In this document: positions 40,487 through 53,677 of the stretch, one piece after another | Layout: the number at the start of each line of letters is the position of its first letter | Numbering within the stretch: position 1 is the stretch's first letter | Assembly (NCBI GenBank): GCA_012295275.1 | Contig: CM022679.1 | Span: 5,952,001 to 6,016,000 of the forward strand | Reading direction: 5' to 3' | Length of the DNA: 64,000 bases | Source: Chrysomallon squamiferum | Lineage: Eukaryota; Animalia; Mollusca | Made by a program: the position numbers and the translations under genes | Notes under the pieces: generated by a model | The model's input: the letters and a program-made list of their open reading frames with translations, nothing else | Told to the model about the DNA's origin: nothing | The model's database searches: none

Positions 40487-41865
40487 GTAGTAGTAGTAGT
40501 AGTAGTAGGAGTAGTACTAGTATTAGTACTAGTATTAGTAACTAAAAATCATTGAAATTCTTAAAAGCAAAAAGAAATTATATTTTTGCAACATAAATAA
40601 AAAATATCTATAAATGATAAATAAATAACTTTAAAAAAATAAAGGAAAATAAATGCTTTAAAAAGAAATCACAGATGATAAGAGATTTGTCACAAAATCT
40701 CTCTACACAGCTGAAAAAACTCTTACAGAAGAAAATTATATTAATTTTGAAAAAAAAAGAAAAAAAAAAGCAATTTGCTAATTATCATTTAGAAAGCTGA
40801 TGTTTATTTTATATTTGCAATTAAAGGGACAGGATAAGAAATAAATATGAATGTTTACACCTAAATCAGTTAATTCCTATTAAGATGGATGCAACTTATA
40901 TTGTTTGTGTGTTTTTGCAGTGGTTGTTATGTTTTTGGGGGAGGGGGAGGGTTTCAGAGATTTGATATAACATCAAACTTTGGTAATAATAAACAAAGAC
41001 AAAATAACAAAGAGCAAACTGGGTAAAATACATCTACAGAATGACAAATACAGATTGGTGTTTTTTTGGGGGGGGGGTGTTCAAATTGTCAGGGATATTT
41101 TAAAATTACTTTTTAAGAAAAATGCTAGCAACCTTCTGTACTCATTAAGTTATTATAGTACAATTAAACTGAACAAACAATTTAGGTCATTCATGTCACA
41201 AAATGTTTATTTTATGTATTTGCCTTCTGTGATATATTCATGCAACATTAGATGAGAGTCCAATCAGTGCATTGATACCAGTAAGAGACATTGATCCTGT
41301 GAACTATAGTTGATAGGTTTTTATCAAGAGGACACATTACCATTAACAAGTACTTCTGAAATGAAATCAACTATTTTTTTTTTTGTCTACTTGGTCACTG
41401 TTAGAGTTTACGTTATTTGTGTTAGCTTGGCATATGTTTGATTGTTACATTTTACATTTTTGTTTCAACACGGTACATAGAATATGCTGATAGTGACAAC
41501 CACGATAACTTTCATTCTGTGTTCTCATAATTTCCTGAGATATTTATTATTTTAAATATTATATACATTTTGAAATTTCAAAATGACTGAATTATTAAAT
41601 GTTAATATATGCACCTTTTGTGTGAGTGGATCAACAAACGTTTTAATTGCATAGAAAACAGAGTCATTAAGAAATAAAGTCTGAAATAAGTGGTTAAAGT
41701 ACTTGTTATATACTTTTAATACTACTACTTGTATTACTTTTGAACATTAGTAATTTAGCATTAGTAATTTAGTATTACTATTACTAGTATTAGTCTATTT
41801 CCGCACTTTCTAAGTTTCTACAAGTTAAACTGTTCTTTTGACAGAATATTATTAATATTATTTAC

Positions 41866-41941
41866 CTGTGGTTATAAAAACACATAACCAAAGCCCAGTC
41901 AGCCACGCCCTCCATGGCTGGAGGTTGCGCAAAATATCCAT
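41866..41941 (-). CDS. bou: Ly6/uPAR three-finger protein, boudin-like, exon 1 (signal peptide)
   Basis: ATG at 41941; MDILRNLQPWRAWLTGLWLCVFITT+G; donor ACAG|GTAAA, phase 1. Confidence 0.85.
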
Positions 41942-43099
41942 GTTGCACAAATTATGAATAATTGCTAACAGCGTTCACTTTTCTTTTCAAAACTTATCAA
42001 AACACCTGTATTAATGGCGGAAGACGCACACCTGAAGCTAACGCCATCTGGCATACCTTTCCAGTGACAATATTATTATAAGAACGACAACTCGTGTCAT
42101 CTGAATTACCTGAAAATATAATAGGTGATGATTTCAGTAGTTTCAAACCGATGAAAATACGAGTAATATTACTTATTGCTTGTGTGCTGTGTTAATGTTT
42201 TTTTGTTTTTTTTGCGCATTCTTGATATTTATTTCAATTTTTAATTTCATTTTATTAAGCTTTAAATCAAACAACTTCAAATTTAAAAATAACAATAATA
42301 ATAATAATAAGCATGGTTTTCAATATAATTTGTATGATATAAAGCTCATGCCATGAAGAAACAAATAACCAAACATTTGAAAACATTTGAAAATGTATCC
42401 ATTGATCTCTTTGCTATGATCTCTGATGGGAATGTTGTTTCTCTCTTTGTGATACTAATATGAATACTGTATCATTCATTGCATCATTCATTGTTTAATA
42501 TGTGTTTCATCTATATCTATATTGCATCACTAACATGTTTCTGTAAAAGAGACGCCATCAAAAGTGTTTTGCGATAATTGTTTTTTTTTTTTTGTTGTTT
42601 TTTTATCACGTTGTTTTTAGTCAGTGAAATCCTTTGTAATTCATGAGTATAACTGTAATTGTATTTGATATTTTTGTTTATTCTAATTGTAATAGTAAGT
42701 GAATTTTGGAAAGCATGTATGTATAAATAATTATAGCTGATATTCCATCCACTTGTATAATAGTAATTGATAACTGTAACTGAATCCACCCTTGCATTAT
42801 GCAATATACAGATGGGTTTGATACTGAATATAAAACTGCTCTTATTATGCAAAGTATTGCATGCATACGTTCAGGTCTGTGTCAGTGTTAATAGGCCTAC
42901 AGCAGTTTGTTACCAAAAGATTTATATATTATTTTATTGTTTCTAAAACTTGTATCCACGGCTTGTGTGACAAAGTAAGGGAAGTAGCATCATTTTGACC
43001 CTGAGACGTTGAACGCGTTTATATAACAAACACAATTACAGACAAAACAACAAATAAATAAATAAATACAAAGAAAAATGTGCATTATAATTTTTAATT

Positions 43100-43460
43100 G
43101 AAACTAGTAAAGTACTTATCTGAAACTATTAGCAAAACGGTTCTCTGAAACTGAAACATTTAGTAATACAGTTATTTGAAACTTTTAGAAATACGGTTAT
43201 CTGAAAGTATTAATAATCATTTCTTAAAATATTGATAAAACGAGTATCTTAAAATGTTGCTAAAGCAATTATCTGAAACTTTTAGTAAAGCAGTTATCTT
43301 AAACTATTATTAATATGTTATTTGAACTTTGAGTGCTAATTATCTGAAACCATTAGTAATACAATTATCTGAAATTATTAGTAAATTATGTATCTGAAAA
43401 TATTAGTAAAGCGCTTATCTGAAACTATTAATAAACTAGTTATCTGAAACTATTATTCTT
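43100..43460. repeat. Minisatellite, unit about 24 bp, between the divergent Ly6 and TMC-like genes
   Basis: More than a dozen degenerate copies of ttatctgaaactattagtaaagca. Confidence 0.8.
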
Positions 43461-44980
43461 ATATGGTTATTTTTCTGGAGCAGAATAAACGGGGAACATA
43501 TTGTTTCATTACATTATTTCCCAAATGACGTGTGGCAGGCGCCATATTCCATCAGGTATACCTTGACATTTATATAGTGTATAAATAACTGAAACAATAC
43601 CCTGCACCTGGTGACAGAAAATGTGTTGTTAATAGGTCACAGCAGATAAAAAGGCAGTTATAGGCACGGAGTTAAAAGGTTAGAGAGAGAGAGACACCTC
43701 ACACCATAAGATGGATGAGAGATACGTTTTTATAGAAAGATATGTGTACGTGCGTATATATATATGTGTGTGTGTATATTTAAAGTATGCGTGTATGTAC
43801 ATTTGCATATATGTATATTTATGTATGTGTCTTTTGTGATTTTAATAATTATATATATGCATTTGCAAAACACTGACTGATGGATGCATAGACAAATGGA
43901 TGTACTGATGTTTAGTTACGTGAACGGTAAGAAAAGTAAAACTTTATCACATGGGGTTACACTCTTTGTTTTAATTATCACCGGTTAAAACTATGTGGTT
44001 TAAAACTAATTTCTTCATCACTGACGTGTTACTAAACCTGTCATGAACAATGTCACTCATTTTCTGTCACAATGAAAGACATGTTGTCATAAACAGGTTA
44101 ATAACAACCGCCCCACATCTAGAAAAAATATTCTGATTCTCTCTGAAAGGTCATTGTTCACTTGACTGTGTCCGTGAAACCTTGCAGGATCCAGACACGG
44201 TACGTTCACTTCAGACAGTCTTGTAATATTTACATCTGGATACAAGTAATTCGGGCTGACTCATGTCATTGTGCGAAAACAGCTTACTGACAAACAAAAA
44301 TAAGAGAAACAATATGATTTTTCAGTTGAAGATAAACTAACGCACAGCAATATAGCCCAGTATTATCACAGATATGGAGGAATAATCGTAAGCTTTGACG
44401 TCGTCAGAAAACAAAAAAAATAACAGGTAAGTTTCTTATAATTTTATCCTGTATTTATTTATATGCGTTTAACTGTGTCACTGGTTCAAGCACCCCTGTC
44501 ATAATTTCATAGTTGGTTGCCATGTCCGTGCAGTGCATGCTGTACTACGGAGGCTTGTTAAAAATAGCTTTCTCTGACACACATTATATCGTTTTAACTC
44601 ACAGTGTCTATATGGTTAGGAGAAATAGGGCGTCACGAATTAACTGGTTTGTTAATACGATAAAAACACGTCACAACTGGTATTTAGGACGCATTAGAGA
44701 GGTGTGTAGCGCAGAGTAAACAATAACACAACGACAACAGCAACAATTTAATAAATTGACTTATATATTTGTATGTACATGTGTGTGTGTGTATCTGTTG
44801 GATAGGTTTGTATGTACTAATGTTTCTACACACACACACACACACACAAACACATACACATATACATACATACATATACATACATACACACATATGTACG
44901 CTTATTTACTTTTACACATACTGAACAGACAATAACTGTAGAAAATTATTTTTTGTTCGTTAAATACAGTTTGAGGAACG

Positions 44981-45037
44981 ATGAAGAAGAAAACCCCACC
45001 TAGAAGCAGACCCGCTCTGGACTTGAGAAGCACCGAG
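44981..45037 (+). CDS. Probable TMC (transmembrane channel-like) gene, isoform A first coding exon
   Basis: Exon 44970-45037 (acceptor taaatacAG, donor GAG|GTTAG); in-frame TGA just upstream of ATG 44981; MKKKTPPRSRPALDLRSTE, phase 0, joins 47736 in frame. A probable non-coding exon ends at 44426 (CAG|GTAAG). Confidence 0.6.
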
Positions 45038-45430
45038 GTTAGACAAGCATCCTCGTCTTAATATAAAGATTAAATTTATATTATTTTAATGATAGGGCAG
45101 GGATGGTGTAGAAAGAATGTTAGAACAAGAGTACCGGAAAACTATTTTAGATATTTAAAATATTATTATTAATATTTTCATATTGTTTCATAAATCATTA
45201 TACATAGTTGTAACCCAGTGTTAAAGAAAACTTGTATGAGGTGTGATCGAGGCGCCGCGATGCGGTTATAGTATTTTTTTGTTATTTATACCGAAATTTT
45301 ACAAATGTATTTGTTAAATGGTAATTGTCACTGTTTTGATTATTTATACTGTGTTATCTTTTAAACTTAATGTAATCAGATAAGCACTAAATTCTTAAAT
45401 AATACACGTAATAATATAATTAAACACATG

Positions 45431-45471
<41 letters not shown>

Positions 45472-45699
45472 GCTTAAGAGAAATTTATGGAGGTTTTTTG
45501 ATACTACATTCTTAGTCTCAAACACGATTATTGTTTAAATTAAATTTAATAAATTTTCTGAAGAATCATAACTTTTTGTTTTCATTTATTCTTTGTACTG
45601 GTTGAGAGAGTTTATTAAATTCAATACAATTATATCGCCGACGGCATTGATTCTCTCGACTTTTGTTCTAAACTTCTGCAGTTATTATTATTATTATTA

Positions 45700-45730
<31 letters not shown>

Positions 45731-45829
45731 ACTTTAATAAAAAGAAAAAAAAAAATTGAAATCGAAGAGTGTACTGTAGACCTATTTATTCTGCAATAAT
45801 ATTTATAACTATTTGCCAATGATTTTACA

Positions 45830-45876
<47 letters not shown>

Positions 45877-45969
45877 CTTGTAGCTGAAATTATACCGTTA
45901 TGCAAGAATTTGTGTACATTTGCTTTAAACCGACCGTGAATAAACATTTAAAAAAAATATATAAATGAA

Positions 45970-46080
45970 ACTTGGTTACGTTATCAAAATATGCAAATAG
46001 AGGTGTAACTATCATGTGACATTACCCCGGGCTCCACGTGCGAGTAAATGAATGTAAACACGAGACTTTGCCGCGAGGTA
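45970..46080 (+). promoter_or_regulatory. Candidate promoter of isoform B (motif cluster)
   Basis: CpG-rich; octamer ATGCAAAT 45991-98, M-box-like TCATGTGAC 46012-20, E-box CACGTG 46035-40, bZIP-like GTTACGTTA near 45975. Confidence 0.4.
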
Positions 46081-46150
46081 TCTGTAAATAGATTCTAGAG
46101 GGATAAGGGAAAGAGAAAAAAAAAGCTCTGTATGCATTTGACTTGCGAAC

Positions 46151-46223
46151 ATGGTGGATTATACATGGTATTGCACGCGAAGAAAGTGGTCATTTAGTTT
46201 TTTGGATACTTCTTTGACAGACG
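46151..46223 (+). CDS. Probable TMC gene, alternative first coding exon (isoform B)
   Basis: ATG at 46151 in a good context (AACATGG); MVDYTWYCTRRKWSFSFLDTSLTD+G; consensus donor ACG|GTAAGT, phase 1, compatible with the 49850 exon but not the 47736 exon. Confidence 0.5.
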
Positions 46224-46938
46224 GTAAGTAACAGATACATTAGTTCATTTCCCGTATCTTCGCTTTCTTGTAACTAGACTTGAGTGTTGCCTGAATCTTT
46301 TGATCATCAACAGCTGTCTAAACATCGAACCGAAAATGCTATTTCTTTGTTTCTATTTTTGCGAGTTATTGATCCAATTTACAGAAGTTACTGAAGCAAA
46401 TGGGGGATTTCATTTTCGTTTACCTACCCCTTTTCTTCAATATTCAACCGAATGACGACATTTGTTGTATTTATTGCTATTTTTGTTTCTGCTTTCGTTC
46501 TCGTGCATTAACGTAGTTCGAGTTCTGATAAAGGAAGGGAGGGGAATGCGCGCTCACATCATGTATTCGCTCAACCACACATTCGTGAGCAGACGAAAAT
46601 ACTGTGGCTGTCAGATTTCTGTGTTCAGTTTTTAGAATCTTGACGCCGAGTGGAATTATTATTCCTAAACACTGGAATATAGTAAAAAGAACTTTTAAAA
46701 ATTTGTTAGAGTAATAGTCCTGTCAAAATATAAATTTAGAGTTAAAAGTTTGATTTTGTAGTTAATTTATGCAATCATTACTTTTAACTTATTTTCTATT
46801 ATTAATATTAAATAAATGAATAAACAATTATTAATGGTTTTCAAGGAAACATGAAACCCATTATTGTTCAAGTAAATAATAATTCAAACTATCAAAACAT
46901 CAATATTAAATAATTATCTTAAATTAAATTATTCACTG

Positions 46939-46969
<31 letters not shown>

Positions 46970-47735
46970 GTTAAATAATGTTTACTGTTATTTTTTTTTT
47001 CTTGCAATATGTTATGTTATACATATTATGGACATAATAAGCAAACTGCCTTTTTTGAATTTTTAAAAAATTTTTTTTTTTAGAACTTAAATCATCACAT
47101 TCAAAATGTAACATAAAACCTGAGAGAAGGAATTCCTCTCTTATCTCTGTGTCTGTCTCTGTCTGCCTAGATCTATATAGAAGCAAGTAGCAAATACACA
47201 ATTAAAAATATTTAATTAAGTTTTATCTGATTAAATTTGGTTTCTTGAAAGGGTAACGTGGTATTAAAACAGTGATACAAAATAATAATAATAATAAAAA
47301 TATAATAATAATTCAAATATTAATAATAACTCAACTCTATTTAATTCAAGGCTAAACTGTGAAAGATAACAGTATTGTTACAACTTATATATAAGACAGT
47401 TAATAGAACAGAAATGGGGCTATTGTACATGTTATTCTGTGATAATTAATACAGACAAGTCATTTACTTCACTTTGATAATCTCAGTGAACTCTGCATTA
47501 TCATTAACAAAAGTTTTAAGCATTAATTTCAAATATCAATTTTAATAGTTTATATTACCTTCTGTATTTTAAAAGAAATACATATATAAATACAAAATAA
47601 AAAAAAATAAAAAAAAAAATAATTCAGTTTGATGCGGAATAAGTACATTACTAATTAAAGCTAAAGAAAATGAAGCATAGAAAATAATTTGTTATTAACT
47701 GTGGATTTGACGTCACCAATTTTTGGTGTTTTAAG

Positions 47736-47826
47736 GGGACTTACTCAGGCCAATCTGCAGATGATGTTGACGACTCGGTATTCAATGATGAAAAAGAACA
47801 ACAGCCGTTGCTGGCCAACAAACCAG
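47736..47826 (+). CDS. Probable TMC gene, isoform A second coding exon (acidic dileucine motif)
   Basis: Acceptor ggtgttttaAG, donor CCAG|GTAAC, phase 0-1; GTYSGQSADDVDDSVFNDEKEQQPLLANKP. Confidence 0.7.
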
Positions 47827-49849
47827 GTAACAGAGCCAGAACATGATTAAAAGCATGTTTTCTGCGTAATATGAACCAGCTATTGCTAATTAACCTGAAA
47901 CATTGAAAAACAATCAATAGTTTCTAGTCAGTTTTGAAAATTAATTGATTTTTCTTTTTTTTGAGTGAAGAATAAAGCACAATTAAATTAAATAATGAAT
48001 AATTATCTTTTGTGGTGTAAACAAGTAATAATTGTTTTTTGTAACAGATCATAACATATGAAAATAAAATAATAAGCTCACGGTTATGATGAATTGAAAC
48101 TATTTTCTTAAAAGAGAAATTTATTACTTGTATGTTGATATTCTTGAATTCAAAATATAATTTAATAAGAAATGGTTGGATATCACCACTAAAAAAAGAA
48201 AAAGAAAAGTAATGGAAAAAAAAAAAGCTAGTTACTAATAAAATCACGAGTATTTGAATAATTCACTGCAATGTTGCTTTATTCCTTAGTCTCATAATTC
48301 TGTGTTAGCATGAGAGGAAAATAAAAACTAAATTGTCAGCATATAATTTTCCATTATTGAGTCTTACTTTATTTTTTAGCAAATGCTGATGTTTTGAACA
48401 AATAAAATAGCTAGAAATTTACAGGTACCTATATTTAGACTATTTGTTCCCTCAAAGGTACACTTTAACTGTTAGTCTATTAAAGTGATTTCCTGAAGAT
48501 AAATATTCAGTGGTGTAATTTATTGTATAGTCATTTTTTTATATTTTTTTTTTAAAGAATGTTAATGGCGGTATGATTAATCATGTATTTATAAACCTTT
48601 TTTTTTTTTTTTTAAATTTAGGGTTGTTTTTGTTTTTTCTTAGAGTTAAGGTTAAAATTACCATTATTTTTTTAAATTCTCATTAATTATTTTATATATA
48701 AATATCTCATTTATTCACACTAAAGAAAAAAGATTTCTGTTGTTAGTAAAAAGACAAACTTTTTGAAAAGTTGGAATATAAAGAAATCAGTTTTAAGAAA
48801 CTAAACATTTCACATTTAATTATTTGTATTAAAATTTAAACAGTTAAATAATTAAATATATTTAATGTAATTTTATGGCAGAAGAAAAAATAGACAATAA
48901 ATAAATGAACTCGTTCATTAAATAAATACATTAAAACATTGAACATTGAAATAAAACATGAATTTTTTTCAGTTTTATTGCTTACTTTCTGATATATTGA
49001 TACAAAATATATTCATGCATGAGAAGACATTACATCAAATGAATATTTCATGTAAAAGGTTGGCTAATGAATTATTTATGATTTTGAAGAAAGTTTAAAT
49101 AATAATTTATTCATAATGAGATTCAAATGAAATCCTTAAAAAAGGATTTGATACAGAATTTGTTTCACATTTTGATTGATATTTTTTAATAATATTACAA
49201 AATAATAATAATTAAAAAAGAAAGAAAGAAAGAAAAAAAGAAGATATAACCATCAGATGAGGTCACTAGGCAATAAACAGATTAATTTTAGATAGTAACT
49301 GACAAACCTCATTTGTGAAAGTCAGAATTAAAGTACATTCATAAAGAATTGATTTGCAACATGTGTTAAATGTTTGAGATTGGTTGGAAGAACTGAAACA
49401 AAGGAATGATATCTTGTATGTATAAAAATGTTCTTAAAATGCATCAGACTTTGTTCCTTTCTTTCCTAAATGAATTCTGTGTTTGTTGAAACTAGTAGTT
49501 TTTCTTTTATTTTCTTCCTTTGTTCTTTTTTTTTTTTCCCCAACTTGCATCTTTCTTTCCTTTTTATTTTTTTATGTATTTATCAATTAATTTTTAAAGA
49601 TTATTTTTAATTGTACTGTACTGTATTATTATTTTATTTCTTTTCACGTTATTTTATTATTTTTCCTCTTTATTTATAGTTTTTTAATCTATTAATTTTT
49701 TACATTTAATTTTCCTTCTTTTAATTCCTTTTGATGTTGTTGTTGTTGTAATTGAAAAACACTATTAATGCTATGCTGTTTAGCACTTTCTGTTTTCAGA
49801 TTTCCAAATCACAAAATCATCATCATTATTATCACTAACTTTGTTTCAG

Positions 49850-50183
49850 ATGCCTTTCAAGATGATGACACAGAATGGAAACGTACGACACGCGCAGCCA
49901 TTTTCTGCCGTTTGCCAAGTCATCAAGCTTTGTCTTCTGATGACGGTGTCATCTTCGCGCGCTCGCTGGGCAGAACATGGAGGCGGAGGGCTCACAAGAG
50001 ACGGGAGGAAACAGAGGTGGATGGACCCTCCTGTTCTTATGCTCAGCCTCCAGAGGCAGAAGGCAGAAAGAACCACTTTGATGCCTCGTTTATCAGTGAC
50101 CTAGACAGCAGCTATCACACGTTATCAAAACAAGCAAGTGTCCGGTCCATGACTGCAAGAATGGCTGTGAGAAGAAAATATAT
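49850..50183 (+). CDS. Probable TMC5/TMC7-like cytosolic N-terminal exon
   Basis: Acceptor ttgtttcAG, donor AT|GTGAGT, phase 1-2, GC-rich and open: (D)AFQDDDTEWKRTTRAAIFCRLPSHQAL...SKQASVRSMTARMAVRRKY. The LPS motif and the later R...RR helix resemble TMC5/7 N-termini (recalled TMC7: ELPSYRS...LRNYALNISEKRRLR). The exon itself is secure; the family call is about 0.5 because no TM core is in the window. Confidence 0.75.
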
Positions 50184-50909
50184 GTGAGTACATTCTTCTT
50201 CTTTTTCTTGTTTATGTTGTTGTTCTTTTTCTTTTTTTTTTCTTCTTCTTGTCCTGCTTCTGCTTCTTTTTTTAAATCATCTTTTTATATTCTTGGTTCT
50301 TCATCTTTTTCTTCTTTATCTTCTGTTTTTTTCCATTAGTTTATGACACTTTAATTTCAGGAATCTAAATGTTGCAATGAAATTTGCCATCTTCTAAACA
50401 TTGTCAATATATTCTCAGAATGTATTGCATTTTAATATAATATCTGTAATTATGGCAGTGTTTCTATGAGATTTTAAATTTGCATTTTGGGTTGGGTTTT
50501 TATCATTTTTTTTTTTTTCATGTTTGCCTTTGTATTTTCTCTTTCACAAGCTTTTCTCTTTTTAAGAGTTTGTTACAATGAATAATAAAGTACTGTTTAC
50601 ATACAGTATCTTGTTAATGACAAATGTAACAAACTGTTTAATCTGTAATACAATTAAATCCTGATTCATAAGTCAGTTTGTTCAGCTGAATCAAAAGTCA
50701 CTACAAGCTGAGTTAGCACTAATAACATTAGAATATGAACAAAAAAGATATGAAAAAAGATGAAAAAGATAAAGGTACTAAAATATAAACTGTAAGGATT
50801 GGTCTTTTCCTATTCCAGCCAGAATTCATGACTGTTGTGTATTGAAAGCTGTGGTGTGTACTTTCAGGTTTTAGCAGTAGTATACAAGATCCTTACTTAT
50901 TGCAAATCG

Positions 50910-50960
<51 letters not shown>

Positions 50961-51646
50961 TTATAATAGTAACAGAAATAATAATTTATAATAAGAATAC
51001 TAATAATTCATGATAATTTATAATAATGATAATAATAATAATAACAATAATTTATAATAGTAATAATACTGATAATAATTTATAATACTGATAATGTTTT
51101 CATGTACAACTGTACAACTGTACAACTTCTGACTTGACTTTGACAGGTTATTCATGATAGCATTATTTATATTTAAATTAACTATTGATTTGTTGATGAT
51201 TTTGTTTAATAAAAATAAAAGTAATGCAAATAATAATAATATAATTGTAATAATAATAATTTTAGTTATAGTACAGCCTCAATAACAACAACAGCAACAA
51301 TAAACAATAATAATGATTTTATGGAAAGATTCAGTCTTTGTGTTACAACAAAATTATCTGTACTGTGATCTGTTACAAGCCATGTCACTATAATTCTGTA
51401 ACCAGTTAATAAAAATCAGTGGAAATCTATTAATTAATGAGGCTTTAATAAGGACATTGTGTTTAAAATGTTTTCATTAATAAAATTAATGTCAGTGAAT
51501 TGTATATTATCAAAAGTAGGTTGACACTGGGGTTTTTTGTATGGTTTTTCAGGGGGTGGAAGTAGTGTCAAAAAAAGATTAACTTCTTTTCAGGGATATA
51601 GGTTAATGAACTGGAAATGGGTTATTTATAAAGCAAAGTGTCTGTC

Positions 51647-51649
51647 TGT

Positions 51650-51732
<83 letters not shown>
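51647..51732. repeat. (GT)n microsatellite
   Basis: Near-perfect dinucleotide run. Confidence 0.95.
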
Positions 51733-51734
<2 letters not shown>

Positions 51735-52167
51735 AGTGAAAGAGAGAGTTTGTGGATTTATTTATATTAATACTTGTATTAGATTCTGTTCATCTGGTAT
51801 TTCCAGCAAGTCATTCTTGAATACTGACAGTATCCAGTCTTACCATATCTCATTTAAAAAAAAGAAGAAACAAACTGAACAAAATGTAGAATATGTGGAA
51901 ACTGTAAATGCACAAAACAAACATTTACACAAATGTTCATATCTCTCTCTCTCTTTCTGTCACATACACACAAACCATTAAGACTCTCACTCACACAATA
52001 TACACACACACACGAATACATATTCTCATACTCTTTCACACTTTCACACACACTCACTCATTTAAGTTTATGATTAATTATTGGCTATTAAATATTTATT
52101 TATACCTTACATTTTACTGACATTTGATTAATGATCAGTTATGTAATCCGTATATATCTTGTGAAAA

Positions 52168-52199
<32 letters not shown>

Positions 52200-52244
52200 A
52201 ATTACAGTGTTGTTAAAGAAAAAGAAACCGAAATGTTTTTTTCT

Positions 52245-53677
52245 TTAATCATTAAATAAAATACTGTTTTATTGGTTGAAAACAGTAGTATATTTTTATG
52301 ATTTAATTATTAAATTGGATATAAAAATATGATTAAATGTCTGGCTTCTACTAAATATTGGATATTTTCACTAAGAAAATGTGTTGAGACAAAAACATTT
52401 GTTCTTTGTCAATAATATATTTGACCCTTATAAATGACAGTTTGACTACTTCAGTAAGAAAAGAGTAGTTATATTTTTACTTAAAAATGTCTATTAAAAT
52501 ATATTTGCTGTTTTCAAGTAATACCTATCACCATTATATATAAAATATTACTTCATTTTAAGGAGAAAACATGTCTTAATTTCACCTGTTGTGCCATTTT
52601 GTTTTTCTAGTTTGTTATTACTTGTGTTTGACTAAAGTCTCAAGTCTAAGCTAATAAAAATTCTGTCAAAGATAATCTTTTTTTTTTTTTTACTTTATTT
52701 TTTATCCAGTCACGTTTCTGCATATTTATTTACTTGTATTTGCAGAGTTGGTGAGAAATGTAATAAAATCTGTTATTCATATTTAAATGAATTATATAAA
52801 TACTGTCATTTGATATTTAACACCAGTAGTTAACTACAAATTAAAACAAATTTTACAAAACATTTAATTTTGGATGTAAATAAAGATTGTGCTTTCAGTA
52901 TAGAATAAATTGTTTTTATGTGATGGTGTTCTTACATACATGCATACACATATACACACAGTCACAACATAAACAAAGAAATATAGGTAATAAAGAAATG
53001 TATGGATACACATATTGCTTTTAAACTGAAATATATATATAGTAACAGTAATGAAAATAAAAATATCAATACATATAAAATAAAATAAAATACATGCACA
53101 TTATATATACATTCATAACCTTATAAATAAAACTTTGAAAAGAAAAAGAAAAACATTCACTGACACATACACACAACAACAATTATCAGTTATACACGAA
53201 AACATCCTGATACAGAAATAACAAGACTTTTGTTGTGATATAGAGAAACTTTGATAGGAGTGGAGCAGTAACAGGACATGTCTTGGCTCTCAGAACAAAT
53301 ACAATTACCTATTCAGTTCACAGTCAGTAACATGATTTGGATCTTTTTTAACCTGATGACACACACACACACACACACACACATATATTTGCTCTGTATA
53401 TTCAAAATATTACTTATTAAAGATAAGTTAAAAAAAACAAATATATTTAAATGGCAACATACATTATTACTTAAAAATGTACCTTCTTTCTGTAAGTACC
53501 AGTAAAATTATGATTTAATTTGAAATGAATGGTCAGATGTGTTACTGGAAAAAAACATTTTTAGGTAATAATCTCATAGGTAATTAATCATATTTTAAGA
53601 CAAATTCTTAATGATATAAGAATATAAATAAACCACTGTTTTCAACCAATAAAACAATATTTTATTATAATGATTAA
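52245..53677. repeat. About 50-bp inverted repeat pair 1.4 kb apart (possible non-autonomous DNA element)
   Basis: ttaatcatta...tgttttattggttgaaaacagt (52245-52295) versus actgttttcaaccaataaaaca...taatgattaa (53626-53677). Confidence 0.45.

Noticed and set aside
49768-49849. N-terminal part of the 139-aa ORF (MLCCLALSV...) as a signal peptide
   Set aside because: It is intron sequence upstream of the acceptor at 49849; the exon starts at 49850.
51537-51770. ORF as an additional exon of the TMC-like gene
   Set aside because: Entering either acceptor in the required phase 2 hits a stop within a few codons, and the ORF runs into a (GT)n repeat.
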